From contig JBGAOA010000023.1 in assembly GCA_044222065.1 (NCBI GenBank), positions 1 to 55,211 of the forward strand: DNA of 55,211 nucleotides. Direction: 5' to 3'. The position numbers and the translations under genes are program-made. How positions within the stretch are numbered: position 1 is the first letter of the stretch; every line of letters starts with the position of its first letter. The notes under the pieces are model-generated. The model did no database searches. It saw only the letters and a program-made list of their open reading frames with translations, and was not told where the DNA came from. The DNA comes from Candidatus Eiseniibacteriota bacterium (lineage in GTDB: Bacteria; Eisenbacteria; RBG-16-71-46). Shown in pieces: positions 1 through 10,188 of this stretch.

Positions 1-488
1 AGCGGATCGAGTCCGCTGAACGGCTCGTCGAGGATCATGAGCCGCGGCGATCCGATGAGCGCGGTGCAGAGCTGCACCTTCTGCTGCATGCCCTTGCTGA
101 GCGCCTGCACCGGCTTCCCGATCCAGTCGCCGAGCCCGACGCGCACGAGCAGGTCGGCGGCCTCCTTCTTCGCCGCGCCGCCGCTCATGCCGCGCAGCTC
201 GCCGTAGTAGGAGAGCGCCTCGAGCACCTTCGCGCGACGGTAGAGCCCGCGCTCTTCGGGCAGGTACGAAACGCTCGCGCGGCTCGTCGTGCCGATCGCG
301 CGACCGTCGAGCGTGATGGCCCCCGAGTCGGGGCGGGTGATGTCGGTGATCATGCGGATCAGCGTGGTCTTGCCCGCGCCGTTCGGTCCGAGCAGCGCGA
401 ACAGCTCGCCGGGCTGGACCTGGAACGACACGTTGCGGACCACGGGGCGTCCGCCGTAGCTCTTCACGACGTCGGTGACTTCGAGCAT
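1..488 (-). CDS. ABC transporter ATP-binding protein (ABC-2/NatA-like), 3'-truncated by window edge
   Basis: Manual translation from ATG at 488: MLEVTDVVKSYGG...GPNGAGKTT (Walker A), LSKGMQQK (signature), MILDEPFSGLD (Walker B/D-loop). Confidence 0.93.
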   Translation of the reverse strand, partial: MLEVTDVVKSYGGRPVVRNVSFQVQPGELFALLGPNGAGKTTLIRMITDITRPDSGAITLDGRAIGTTSRASVSYLPEERGLYRRAKVLEALSYYGELRGMSGGAAKKEAADLLVRVGLGDWIGKPVQALSKGMQQKVQLCTALIGSPRLMILDEPFSGLDP

Positions 489-778
489 GGATCGAGTCGA
501 AACCGGATGCCGCGAGGGACAGCCCCCGTCCGGCCAGGCGGCTGCGGCGGAGGGGTCGAGGGCGAGGAGGCGAAAACCTATGCGACCCTGCGGGCGTCAA
601 CAAGGGCGGTTCGGGCGCGGCCTACTGGCGCGGCCCGTGGCCCCCCGAGCGCGGCAACACCGGGGCCCCGTCCGCCGCTCAACCGCAGGCCCCCGCCCGC
701 CGATAACGAGGGCGACTCTTCGCGTGCCCGCCTCGCCCGTGGCGGGCCGCGCCGCCATCCGCTCACCGTGGAGCGAAC

Positions 779-2068
779 ATGATTCGGAATCTCTCTGAAG
801 CGACCCGTCGCGCGCCCGCGTGGCTCGCGCTCGCCGGCGTGCTCGGCCTCGCGGCCGCGGGCTGCGACTCGAGCCCCGTCCCGACGCAGCCGGTCGTGCC
901 GTTCCCGCCGCTCTCGCGCGTCGTCATCGCGCTCGGCGCCGACACGACGTTCGCGGCGGACACGATCGATGCCGGCAGCCAGCTGCTGCTCTCGGCCGAG
1001 GTGCGCGACACCGGAAACGCGATCGTGACCGACCCCGCGCCGACGTGGAGTTCGACGAACGCCGCGGTCGCGCGCGTCAGCACGAGCGGCGCCGTCACGG
1101 CCGTCGCCGAGGGCGAGGCGTGGATCATCGTCACCGCGGACACGATGCGCGACAGCCTGCGGCTGCTCGTGCTCTCGGGCGACGCCGGATGGCTGACGCA
1201 GGTGAGCAACTCGTCGCGGCAGCTCAACGCGATCACGTTCCGCCCGGGCGGCCGGCTCGGCTGGGTCGTGGGCAACGTCGGCGAGATCCTCGCCACGTCG
1301 GACGCGGGCGCGACGTGGGCGCGGCAGGTGAGCAACACGTCGTTCGACCTCCACGGCGTGTGGTTCACGAGCGACGCCGAGGGCTGGGCGGTCGGCAACG
1401 CCGGCACGATCATGCACACGACGAACGGCGGCACGACGTGGACGCTGTCGGTGAGCGGCGCGGGCGAGAACCTGCGCGACGTGGCGTTCGCGACGCGCGA
1501 CACGGGCTGGGCGGTCGGGACCGCGGGCGCGATCCTGCGCACGTTCGACCGCGGCGCGACGTGGTCGAAGCAGAACCCCACGACGTACGCGCTCATGGGC
1601 GTCGCGTTCTCGGACACGCGCCACGGCTGGGCGGTCGGCGACAACGGCGTGATCCTCGGCACCACGGACCGCGGGCTCAACTGGACGATCCTGACGCCCT
1701 ACCTCACGAGTCAGCCTCTGCGCGCCGTGCGCAACCTCGGGCTCGTCGTCGTGCGCGCCGCCGGCGGCGGCGGCGTGACGCCGCGCGCGGTGGACGACAG
1801 CTTCGGCTCGCCGTTGTGGGAGCTGCAGAATTCGGGCGCTTCGAACGACCTCATGGGCGTGAGCTACACGACCGCCGCGCACGGCTTCGCGTGCGGAACG
1901 AACGGCGGCGGCATCGTGCTCGAGACCGTGAACGGTGGCGCGAACTGGTCGTCGCTCACCGTGCCCGCGGGCACGAGCCTGAACGACGTGTTCTTCGTGG
2001 ACGACCTGCGCGGCTGGGTCGTCGGCGACAACGGGCGCATCCTGCACACGAGTTCCGGCGGCCACTGA
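779..2068 (+). CDS. Lipoprotein with Ig-like (Big_2) domain and YCF48/BNR-like beta-propeller repeats
   Basis: Lipobox LAAAG-C; 'TWSSTNAAVARVSTSGAVTAVAEG' Big_2 motif; repeated 'GWxVGxxGxIL-x-TxDGGxTW' units. Confidence 0.85.
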   Translation: MIRNLSEATRRAPAWLALAGVLGLAAAGCDSSPVPTQPVVPFPPLSRVVIALGADTTFAADTIDAGSQLLLSAEVRDTGNAIVTDPAPTWSSTNAAVARVSTSGAVTAVAEGEAWIIVTADTMRDSLRLLVLSGDAGWLTQVSNSSRQLNAITFRPGGRLGWVVGNVGEILATSDAGATWARQVSNTSFDLHGVWFTSDAEGWAVGNAGTIMHTTNGGTTWTLSVSGAGENLRDVAFATRDTGWAVGTAGAILRTFDRGATWSKQNPTTYALMGVAFSDTRHGWAVGDNGVILGTTDRGLNWTILTPYLTSQPLRAVRNLGLVVVRAAGGGGVTPRAVDDSFGSPLWELQNSGASNDLMGVSYTTAAHGFACGTNGGGIVLETVNGGANWSSLTVPAGTSLNDVFFVDDLRGWVVGDNGRILHTSSGGH

Positions 2069-2433
2069 GGCCGTCGCGGCGGGCTGCCGCATTCGGCGCG
2101 GGGCGCGGCGTGAGGCCGCGCCCCGCGCGCATTTCGGCCGCATCGGGGCTCGCGGCCCGGAACTTCGCGCTTGACGAACCCTGCGCCGGCGGGGGATACC
2201 CAAGGCCGGTTCGGCTCTCCGGCCACCCGTCGTCCGCCTCCGCGTTCCGTCCCGCGGCGACACTCGGTCCCGATATGACCGCTCGAATCCATCGCGTGGG
2301 CGCTCCCCGCCCGCCGCTCACGGCGCCGCCCGCCGCTTCCCCGCCGGGCTCGCCGATCGCACCGCATCCGATCGCCCGCGCCCGTCCGGGGCCGTTGCCC
2401 GCGCGCGCCGGCGCTCCGGGGAGAGTCCGTCGC

Positions 2434-3255
2434 ATGAACGAACCGTTGCCCGTCGCTTCCGAAGCAGCCGACCTGTCGCCGCGCGTGTGGGACCGCATCG
2501 CGTGCAGTCCGTGGCGCGAACTGATGCTCGACTTCGACGGCACGCTCGCGCCGTTCCGCGCCGAGCGCATCGAGGCGCGCGTGCCCGCCGACACGCTCGG
2601 CGCGCTGCGTTCGATCGCGACGAGCGGCTGCGACCGAGTGACGATCGTTTCGGGGCGGCCGGTCGCCGAGCTGCGGCCGTTGCTGCCGGACCTCGAGGCG
2701 CGCCTCGTCGGCGAGCACGGCTGGGAGGACTGGCGGCCGGGCAGCGAGCCGCGCCAGCACGCGCTCGACGACGCGACGGCGCTCCAGCTCGCGCGCGCCG
2801 CGCGCGCGGCGCACGCGCGCGGCTGGGGGCCGTTCCTCGAGCGCAAGCGCTGCTCGCTCGTGCTCCACACGCGCGGACTCGATGCCGCGCACGCGAGCCA
2901 GCTCGAGCGGTTGGTGTCGGAGTTCTGGTGGAGTCAGTTCCTCGGTGACGGCCTGAGTCTCGAGAACATCCATGGCGGGCTCGAGCTGCGGGCGACGGCG
3001 CGCCACAAGGGCGTCGCGGTCGCCGAGACGCTGCGCGAGTCCCCCGCGGGGGCGCTCGTCGTGTACGTCGGCGACGACCGCACCGACGAGGACGCGTTCG
3101 AAGTCGTCGCGCCGCGCGGCCTCGCGATCCGGGTCGGCGCCCCGGGCGTGCCCTCGCACGCGCCGTACCGCCTCGACTCTCCCGGCGCGGTGGGGCGCTT
3201 CCTGCGACGCTGGGCGATGGGGCCGCCGGCGGCTGCCGACGGAAACCCGCTCTGA
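2434..3255 (+). CDS. otsB: Trehalose-6-phosphate phosphatase (HAD family)
   Basis: Motifs LDFDGTL, VSGR, GEHG, HKG, YVGDDRTDEDAF; directly upstream of otsA. Confidence 0.92.
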   Translation: MNEPLPVASEAADLSPRVWDRIACSPWRELMLDFDGTLAPFRAERIEARVPADTLGALRSIATSGCDRVTIVSGRPVAELRPLLPDLEARLVGEHGWEDWRPGSEPRQHALDDATALQLARAARAAHARGWGPFLERKRCSLVLHTRGLDAAHASQLERLVSEFWWSQFLGDGLSLENIHGGLELRATARHKGVAVAETLRESPAGALVVYVGDDRTDEDAFEVVAPRGLAIRVGAPGVPSHAPYRLDSPGAVGRFLRRWAMGPPAAADGNPL

Positions 3256-3256
3256 G

Positions 3257-4831
3257 ATGGCGCTCGGCGATCGCCTCAAGCGCGTGGCCTCGCGCGCGGC
3301 CGTGCGAAGCGAGCGCCGCGTGCGCGAGGCGCCGGCCACGACCGGACGCGATCTCGCCGAGTGGGCCCGGGCGCGGTTGCACGGGCTCCGGCTCGTGCTG
3401 GTCTCGAACCGCGAGCCCTACTCGGAGCTGCCCGACGGCGGCGAGGTGCGCTGGGTGCGAAACGCCGGCGGTCTCACGGTGGCCCTCGACGGCGTCGCGC
3501 GGGCGCTCGGCGCCGCCTGGGTGGCGCAGCGCAGCGCCACGTCCGAGGTCGCCTCGAGCGAGCCGGAACGCATCGGCTGCCCGCCGGATCGTCCGGCGTA
3601 TTCGCTTCGCCGCCTCACGCTCAGCCGCGAGGACCACGAGCGCTACTACGCCGGGTTCTCGAACGGCGGCCTCTGGCCGCTGTGTCACATCGTGTACGTG
3701 CGGCCGCGCTTCGAACTCGCCGACTGGGAGCGCTACCGCGACGTGAACCGGCGTTTCGCCGACGCGGTCGTGGAAGAGGCGGGCGACGGCCCGTGCCTCG
3801 TGTTCCTGCAGGACTACCACCTCGCGCTCGCCGCGCGCTTCATCAAGGAGCGACGGCCGGACGCGCGTGTGGCGCTGTTCTGGCACATCCCGTGGCCGAA
3901 CGCCGAGGTCATTCGACGGCTGCCGTGGCGCGCGGAGCTGCTCGACGGCATGCTCGCGAACGACTTGATCGGCTTTCACATTCGCTTCCACGCGCTGAAC
4001 TTCCTGCACACCGTTGCCGACACGCACGAGGCGCGCGTGGATCACGAGAAGCTCGCCGTGGACCGCGGGGGACGACGCACGTTCGTGCGCGACGTGCCGA
4101 TCTCGGTGGACCTCGAGGAGATCTCGGCGCTCGCGGAGATGCCGGCGGCACGCAATGCCGCGCGCGCGTTGCGGGAGCGCTTCGCGCCGGAAGGCGGGGC
4201 GATCGGACTCGGCGTCGACCGCATGGACTACACCAAGGGCATCCCCGAACGGCTCGAAGCGCTCGAGCGTCTGTTCGAGACGCGGCCGGAGTGGATCGGA
4301 CGCTTCCGCTTCGTGCAGGTCGGGGTGCCGTCGCGAATCGAACTCGAGGAGTACCGCGCCATCGCGGCGCGCACGCGCGCGCTCGTCGAGCGTTTGAACG
4401 GCCGCTTCGGCGGCCGCGACGAGGCCGTGACGCTGATCGAGGCGAACCTCGACTTCCGCGAGTTGCTCGCGTGGTACCTCGCGGCCGACGTCTGCGTCGT
4501 CAGTTCGCTCCACGACGGCATGAACCTGGTCGCGAAGGAATACGTCGCCGCGCGCGTGGACGGCGACGGCGCGCTGGTGCTTTCGCCGTTCACGGGCGCC
4601 GCGCGCGAGCTCGAACGCGCGTGGATGGCCTCCCCGTACGACAAGGAGGCGCTCGCGGACTCGTTGCACGCCGCGCTCGCCGAACCGGCCGAGGGACGCC
4701 GGGCGCGCATGCGCGCGCTGCGCGAGGCGGTCGCGCGGCGCACGATCTTCGACTGGGCGAAATCCATGCTCGAGGCGGCGGTCACGCTGCCGGGCGAACC
4801 GCGCGCGGAAGAGCGCGACGCGGCGATCTGA
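3257..4831 (+). CDS. otsA: Trehalose-6-phosphate synthase (GT20)
   Basis: VSNREPY, AGGL, YYAGFSN..LWPLCH, QDYHL, FWHIPWP, GVDRMDYTKGIPE, DGMNLVAKEY. Confidence 0.95.
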   Translation: MALGDRLKRVASRAAVRSERRVREAPATTGRDLAEWARARLHGLRLVLVSNREPYSELPDGGEVRWVRNAGGLTVALDGVARALGAAWVAQRSATSEVASSEPERIGCPPDRPAYSLRRLTLSREDHERYYAGFSNGGLWPLCHIVYVRPRFELADWERYRDVNRRFADAVVEEAGDGPCLVFLQDYHLALAARFIKERRPDARVALFWHIPWPNAEVIRRLPWRAELLDGMLANDLIGFHIRFHALNFLHTVADTHEARVDHEKLAVDRGGRRTFVRDVPISVDLEEISALAEMPAARNAARALRERFAPEGGAIGLGVDRMDYTKGIPERLEALERLFETRPEWIGRFRFVQVGVPSRIELEEYRAIAARTRALVERLNGRFGGRDEAVTLIEANLDFRELLAWYLAADVCVVSSLHDGMNLVAKEYVAARVDGDGALVLSPFTGAARELERAWMASPYDKEALADSLHAALAEPAEGRRARMRALREAVARRTIFDWAKSMLEAAVTLPGEPRAEERDAAI

Positions 4832-4855
4832 TCGGCGAAACGAGAGGAGGCGCAC

Positions 4856-5551
4856 GTGCGAATCGCGATCCTGATGGAGTCCATGGTGCCGGGGCTCGTC
4901 GAGCGGCTGAACGATGCGTGGCGCGCCGCGCAGGACGCGGGGCCCGCGATCGGCATCGCCGCGCTGGTCTTCGTGGCGGGGCTCGCCGTCGCGGGCGCAA
5001 CGGGCGCGGCCCTCGTCATGGTGCTGCGTCGCGCGCGCTTCAACGAGGGCGTCGAAGGACTGCTCGCGCGACCGCTCGCCGGAGCGCACGAGCCCGCCGC
5101 CATCGCGGGCGTGCTCGTGCGCTGGAGCCTGTTCGCCGTGGCCGCGGTGCTCGCGCTCGACGCGCTCGGCGTGCCGCTCGCGGAGTCGCTCGCGGCGCGG
5201 CTCGGCGACCTGCTTCCGCGCATCGTGGTCGCCGCGCTGCTGCTCGTCACAGGCACGCTGTTCGCGACCGGCCTCGGAGCACTCGTGCGGCGGTTCTTCG
5301 AGAGCGCGGGCTTCCGCGCCGCCCGGCTGCGCGGTCAGGTCGTCACGATCGCGCTCACGCTGATCGCATTCCTGCTCGCGCTCGAGCAGCTCGGCTTCGC
5401 GGCCCAGTTCGTCATGGGGCTCGGGCTCGTGGCGGCCGCGGCGATCGGGCTCGGCGTGGCGCTCGCGTTCGGGCTCGGCTGCCGCGACCTCGCCCGCGAC
5501 CTCGTGATCGAGTACCTGCGCTCGCTCGAGGAGGAATCGCCGCGGTCGTGA
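4856..5551 (+). CDS. Membrane protein, TM-helix-repeat / MscS (CmpX)-like N-terminal region
   Basis: GTG start after AGGAGG; several hydrophobic helices; 'LPRIVVAALLL' and 'ALAFGLGCRDLA' typical of CmpX-like TM repeats. Confidence 0.7.
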   Translation: MRIAILMESMVPGLVERLNDAWRAAQDAGPAIGIAALVFVAGLAVAGATGAALVMVLRRARFNEGVEGLLARPLAGAHEPAAIAGVLVRWSLFAVAAVLALDALGVPLAESLAARLGDLLPRIVVAALLLVTGTLFATGLGALVRRFFESAGFRAARLRGQVVTIALTLIAFLLALEQLGFAAQFVMGLGLVAAAAIGLGVALAFGLGCRDLARDLVIEYLRSLEEESPRS

Positions 5552-5604
5552 CAGACGCGCGGCGCGCGCTCTACACTCCGCCCCCCTTCACCCGGAGCGC
5601 TCCG

Positions 5605-6123
5605 ATGGCCGAACGGCTGATCATCGTGGACGGCTACAATCTCATTCATCGCTCGCCGGCGCTGAAGCCCGGCGCCGACCGCACGCTCGAGGAATCGCGC
5701 GCCAAGCTGCTCAACCTGCTGGCCTGGGCGTTCGGCGCTGGCGATGCGCGCTTCGTCGTCTTCTTCGACGGCGCAGATGTGCGCGGCGGAACGGGCGAGT
5801 CGTCGAGCCGGGTCGAAGTGCGCTACTCGAAGCCGCCCCGCACGGCCGACGACGACATCAAGGAACTCGTCGAGCGGCGCGTCGGCGGCGACGAGCACAT
5901 CACGGTCGTCACCGGCGATCTGGACATCGCGCGGCACGCGCGCGCGATGGGCGCCGACGTCTCGCTCGCCGACCTGTTCCTCGCGAGCGCGCTCGGCGCC
6001 GGCGCGCCCGAGCAAGCCGAGAAGCCCACGCAGCTCTCGAAGAAGGAACTCGAGGAGTGGGCCGAGATCTTCCGGCGCGGGGCGAAGAACGCCGACGCGC
6101 CCGACGCGCCCGACGCCGAGTAG
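5605..6123 (+). CDS. NYN domain protein (YacP/Rae1-like PIN nuclease)
   Basis: LIIVDGYNLIH, VVFFDG, TADDDI, VVTGD acidic PIN/NYN residues. Confidence 0.88.
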   Translation: MAERLIIVDGYNLIHRSPALKPGADRTLEESRAKLLNLLAWAFGAGDARFVVFFDGADVRGGTGESSSRVEVRYSKPPRTADDDIKELVERRVGGDEHITVVTGDLDIARHARAMGADVSLADLFLASALGAGAPEQAEKPTQLSKKELEEWAEIFRRGAKNADAPDAPDAE

Positions 6124-6137
6124 GCGCCCGGGAACGC

Positions 6138-6172
6138 GAACGAGGCCCGGCGTGCGCCGGGCCTCGTCGTTT
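6138..6172. terminator. Probable bidirectional intrinsic terminator
   Basis: ACGAGGCCCGGC-GTGC-GCCGGGCCTCGT hairpin followed by CGTTT, between convergent genes. Confidence 0.65.
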
Positions 6173-6216
6173 GCGCGCCGCGGGCCGTCCTCCGCGCGGA
6201 CGCGACACGGGGTGCG

Positions 6217-7173
6217 CTACGGCAGGAACTCGATCGCGGGATCGGCGGGACCGCGCACCGCGAACGGCAGGATCCACGCCTGCGCGTCGTACGGCAGCTG
6301 GTCGTCGAACAGCGTGCCGTGCGTGAGCGCGTCCACCCCGGCGTGCCGGATGCCGGGGACGAGCGGCGCACGCCACGTGCCGGTGTACGTGCCGTCGCCG
6401 TTGTTCACGAAGCGGAAGCGCCCCTCGCGAGCGAGCAGGAACAGCGCGTCGTCGTTCTGGTTCGTCGTCACCGTCAGCGTGACGAGTTCGCCCACGCCGG
6501 CGCGCAGCATGCCGCGGAGGCGGATGAACGCGAGCGGATCAGCGATCGTCGTGTCCTGCGTGGCGCTCTGCACGCGCAGGCTCTGGATCTCGACCGTGTG
6601 GTCGCTCGAGGTGACCTTCACGCCCGACGTGGCGACGACCTTCCACACGGGCTCGTCGTGGCCGTTGATGCGGATGCGGTGCAGCAGCAGGCGGCGGCGC
6701 CAGTGGTCTTCGAACGGCTTGCGCAGCACGTTCACCGTGTCGGCCGGATTCGGGCCGCCCTCGAGCGAGGCGATCGCGGGATCCCCGAGCACGATGTTCA
6801 GCGTGCCGAGGATGCGCTTGTTGACGACGACTTCGGCGCGCGTCGGGCGACCGGTCGAGTCGGTGTCCGCGAACGCGAACTCGAACGAACGCTGCACGTC
6901 GCGCACGTTGCGCCACCAGCGGCGCGGCTGGATCGCCGTGAACGATCCGGGAGGCGCCGACGACGCGTCGGCGACCTGCGCGCTCTCGTAGTCGTTGTCG
7001 TCCACGACGTCGGGCGACGACGCGACCGCGGCGGCGACTTCCGCCCGATCCACGCTGCTCGACGGGCCGGCGTTCGAGCCCGTGGGCGAATTGATGTCGC
7101 CCGCGTTCTTGCCGCAGCCGCTGAGCGCGACGGCGACGACGCAGGCGAGGCCGAGACCGAGTGACTTGTTCAA
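6217..7173 (-). CDS. Hypothetical lipoprotein
   Basis: TTG start after GGAGG; (M)NKSLGLGLACVVAVALSG-C lipobox; normal composition; no family recognised. Confidence 0.8.
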   Translation of the reverse strand: MNKSLGLGLACVVAVALSGCGKNAGDINSPTGSNAGPSSSVDRAEVAAAVASSPDVVDDNDYESAQVADASSAPPGSFTAIQPRRWWRNVRDVQRSFEFAFADTDSTGRPTRAEVVVNKRILGTLNIVLGDPAIASLEGGPNPADTVNVLRKPFEDHWRRRLLLHRIRINGHDEPVWKVVATSGVKVTSSDHTVEIQSLRVQSATQDTTIADPLAFIRLRGMLRAGVGELVTLTVTTNQNDDALFLLAREGRFRFVNNGDGTYTGTWRAPLVPGIRHAGVDALTHGTLFDDQLPYDAQAWILPFAVRGPADPAIEFLP

Positions 7174-7245
7174 GGCGGATCCTCCGGTGCTGCGGGCGCG
7201 GAGCCCGCGAGGTGAATGGCGCAGGGCAAAGCTGCGGAGTCTTCG

Positions 7246-7261
7246 AGCACCGCCGGTGCCA
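7246..7261 (-). promoter_or_regulatory. Putative sigma54 (-24/-12) promoter
   Basis: Minus strand TGGCAC-CGGCG-GTGCT (GG-N10-GC) about 70 nt upstream of the lipoprotein start. Confidence 0.55.
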
Positions 7262-7375
7262 GCCGGAATGGTGGCGTAACCCGTTGTGTCCCAACGAGAG
7301 GCGGGAGCGGTCGAGCGCGCGGTTGTACCGATCGGGGCAGTCGCACGCACCGCGTGTGCGCCTGGGGCCGGGGTG

Positions 7376-7410
7376 AACGAAACGAGGCGGGCCCCGAAGG
7401 GCCCGCCTCG
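7376..7410 (-). terminator. Intrinsic terminator
   Basis: 12-bp stem CGAGGCGGGCCC/GGGCCCGCCTCG with UUCG loop then UUUCGUU on the minus strand, 22 nt after the stop at 7433. Confidence 0.8.
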
Positions 7411-7432
7411 ACGCTCGCCGGATGCGGCGGCG

Positions 7433-8224
7433 CTATTCGTGGACGACTTCGGCCTCGCGCGTCGAGAACACCAGCTCGGTGCCTTCCTTCAGCACGACCT
7501 GGTAGCCCTTGCTGCCCGCGACGCCCGCACCGGCGGCCGCGCCGCCGATCAGTCCGCCGATCAGCGCGCCCTTGCCCGAGCCGCCGACGGCCTTGCCGAT
7601 GAGCGCGCCCGCCGCCGCGCCGCCCGCGATCGCGCCGAGATTCCGCGCGCGCGTCGAGCCCGCGATGATGCTGTCGGCGCTCGCGCCGATTTCGTGGCTC
7701 TGCCCGTTCACCTCGATCGAGGTCACGGCGAGATACAGGAACGCGCGCGAGCCCTTCTCGGCCGGCGCCGCGCCGCGAATCACGCCGCGCACCTTGCTGC
7801 CCGCCGGAATCGGGGCCGCGGTGCCGATCACGACCGGGCTCGTCACCGAGCCTTCCCACGCGTCGCCTTCGTGCACGAACTCGGAGCTGATCTGCGCGTT
7901 GACCGCGATCTTGATCGGCGTGCCGGCCGGAATGGTGACGCCCGGCTTCTGCGCGGGCGCGGGCGCGGGCGCAGGCTTCGTGGACGGCTTCGGCGCCTTG
8001 GGCTTCGACGACGACGTGCTCGGGGTCGGTGTCGGCGTCGCCTCGGGTTCGGGCTGCGCGGCCTCGGGCTGCGGCGTCAGCTCGCCCTGCGGCGACTCGA
8101 CCGGGTTCTGCGCGAGCAGGCTGTCGGCCGACGTGGTGGCGGCCTGTTCGGCCTTCTGGCCGCAACCGGCGAGCGCGACGGCGAGCGCGAGCGAAGCGAC
8201 GACGGGGACGAGGGTACGACGCAT
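7433..8224 (-). CDS. Lipoprotein with Pro-rich linker and glycine-zipper C-terminal domain
   Basis: MRRTLVPVVASLALAVALAG-C; 'IAGGAAAGALIGKAVGGSGKGALIGGLIGGAAAGAG' glycine zipper; VTIPAGT...LKEGTELVF frame. Confidence 0.82.
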   Translation of the reverse strand: MRRTLVPVVASLALAVALAGCGQKAEQAATTSADSLLAQNPVESPQGELTPQPEAAQPEPEATPTPTPSTSSSKPKAPKPSTKPAPAPAPAQKPGVTIPAGTPIKIAVNAQISSEFVHEGDAWEGSVTSPVVIGTAAPIPAGSKVRGVIRGAAPAEKGSRAFLYLAVTSIEVNGQSHEIGASADSIIAGSTRARNLGAIAGGAAAGALIGKAVGGSGKGALIGGLIGGAAAGAGVAGSKGYQVVLKEGTELVFSTREAEVVHE

Positions 8225-8556
8225 GAGGGTTCTCCTTCCGTGCCGGCGGCGCCGGTCACCTTTGTCCGGACTCGGGGAAGATCCGTCTTCCACGAGAAGT
8301 CGGCCGTTGCTGGGATCGGATTCACTCGGTCGGGGAGCGGCCGAACGCGGCAGGGTTACCATTGCGCCCCCGCTCGTTCAAGTGTTGCGGCGCTACGGAA
8401 GCGTGCGCCCCGGTTGTTTACGCGCGTCGCCTGCCGCGCATTCCCGGACGCGTCCGATCGCGTCCGATCGCTGCAATTCGCCAATCGCCGGGCTATTCTG
8501 CGCGGGCTCGACCGCCCTTGCGCCATCCCACCCCGCCGAGAGGCGCGGAGAACCCC

Positions 8557-10188
8557 ATGAAAGTGACGCTCGTGCGCGGCACCCTCGCCGCGCGCGCTTC
8601 CGGTATCACCGTGCTCGGGCTGTTCGAAGGCACTCGGACGCTGGACGCCGCGGGAACGGCGCTCGATCGCGCCTGCCGCGGCGTGATCCGCGCCGCGCTC
8701 GCGAGCGGCGACTTCCGCGGCCGCTTCCTCGAAACGCTGACGCTCTACCCGACCGGCGCGAAGGCGCGCCGCGTGCTGCTCGTCGGGCTCGGGAAGGTGT
8801 CGGACTACAGCTGCCACCGCGCGCGCCTTGCCGCCGCGAAGGCGGCGCGCGTCGCGCGCGAGTTCGCGATGCGCACGCTCGTGCTCTCGGCGCCCGGCGT
8901 CGGCTCGTGCGAGATCTCGCCGGCGCTCGCCGCGCAGGCGGCCGCGGAAGGCGTGCTGCTCGGGCACTACCGGTTCACCGCGTATCGCAGCGATCCCGGT
9001 CCGCCGCCGCTGCGCAACGTCGAGATCGTCGAGCCGGAACCGAAGCGCTACGCCGCGCAACGGCGCGCGGTGCGCGACGGCGTCGCGTGGGCCGAGGCCG
9101 TTTGCCTCGCGCGCGATCTCGCGAACACGCCGGGACAGGATCTCGTGCCCGAGCGGTTCGCCCAGCGCGCGCGCGAAGTCGCGCGCGACTCCGGTGCGCG
9201 CATCCGTGTGCACGACGTGCCGGCGCTCGAGCGCCTCGGCATGGGCGCGCTGCTCGCGGTCGGCCGCGGCAGCCCGAATCCGCCGCGCTTCATCGTGCTC
9301 GAGCGCGCCCCGTCCGCGCCCGCGCGCGGCGCGAAGGCTCCCGACACGATCGTGCTCATCGGCAAGGGCGTGACGTTCGACACGGGCGGCGTGTCGCTCA
9401 AGCCGCGCGAGGGCATGGCGAAGATGAAGTACGACATGTCGGGCGCCGCCGCGGTGCTCGGCGTGTTCGCCGCGCTCCCGACGCTCGACCTGCCGTTTCG
9501 CGTCGTCGGGCTCATTCCGTCGGCCGAGAACGCGCTCGGCGGACACGCGCTCAAACCGGGCGACGTCGTGCGCTCACTCGACGGCACGACGATCGAAGTG
9601 ACGAACACCGACGCCGAGGGCCGGCTGCTGCTCGCCGACGCGCTCGGCTACGCGCGCCGCTTCCGGCCGGACGCGGTCGTGGATCTCGCCACGCTCACGG
9701 GCGCGATCTCGGTCGCGCTCGGACATCTCGCCGCCGGGCTCTTCACCGAGGACGAGTCGCTCGGGGCGGAACTCGCGGGCGCGGGCTGCCGCACCGGCGA
9801 GCGGCTGTGGCGCATGCCGCTGTGGGACGAGTACTCGGCCGAGCTGCGCAGCGACACCGCCGACCTCGTGAACAGCGCGGCGCGCGAAGGCGGGGCGATC
9901 CTCGCCGCGGCGTTCCTCAAGCACTTCGCGCGCGACCTCAAGTGGGCGCACCTCGACATCGCGAGCACGGCGTGGAGCTACACGGAACGCCCGCACGAAG
10001 GACGCGGTCCCACGGGCTTCGGCGTCCGGCTGCTGCTCGAGTGGCTGCGGACGCGCGCGGCGAACGGAGCCGCGGCGGCGGCGCGCGGCGCTACTTCGAC
10101 GACGGCGCCGCGGGCGCGGCGCTCGAGCCGGGCCGCGGCTTCGGCGGCGCGGCGCGCTTCACCGGCGCGGCGACGCGCTCGACGGTGA
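8557..10188 (+). CDS. pepA: Leucyl aminopeptidase (M17)
   Basis: IGKGVTFDTGG, MKYDMSGAA, NTDAEGRL, DLATLTGA, WAHLDIA. Confidence 0.95.
   Translation: MKVTLVRGTLAARASGITVLGLFEGTRTLDAAGTALDRACRGVIRAALASGDFRGRFLETLTLYPTGAKARRVLLVGLGKVSDYSCHRARLAAAKAARVAREFAMRTLVLSAPGVGSCEISPALAAQAAAEGVLLGHYRFTAYRSDPGPPPLRNVEIVEPEPKRYAAQRRAVRDGVAWAEAVCLARDLANTPGQDLVPERFAQRAREVARDSGARIRVHDVPALERLGMGALLAVGRGSPNPPRFIVLERAPSAPARGAKAPDTIVLIGKGVTFDTGGVSLKPREGMAKMKYDMSGAAAVLGVFAALPTLDLPFRVVGLIPSAENALGGHALKPGDVVRSLDGTTIEVTNTDAEGRLLLADALGYARRFRPDAVVDLATLTGAISVALGHLAAGLFTEDESLGAELAGAGCRTGERLWRMPLWDEYSAELRSDTADLVNSAAREGGAILAAAFLKHFARDLKWAHLDIASTAWSYTERPHEGRGPTGFGVRLLLEWLRTRAANGAAAAARGATSTTAPRARRSSRAAASAARRASPARRRARR

Noticed and set aside
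5605..6123. NYN nuclease as a toxin or defence system
   Set aside because: YacP-like housekeeping type; no antitoxin or defence genes adjacent.
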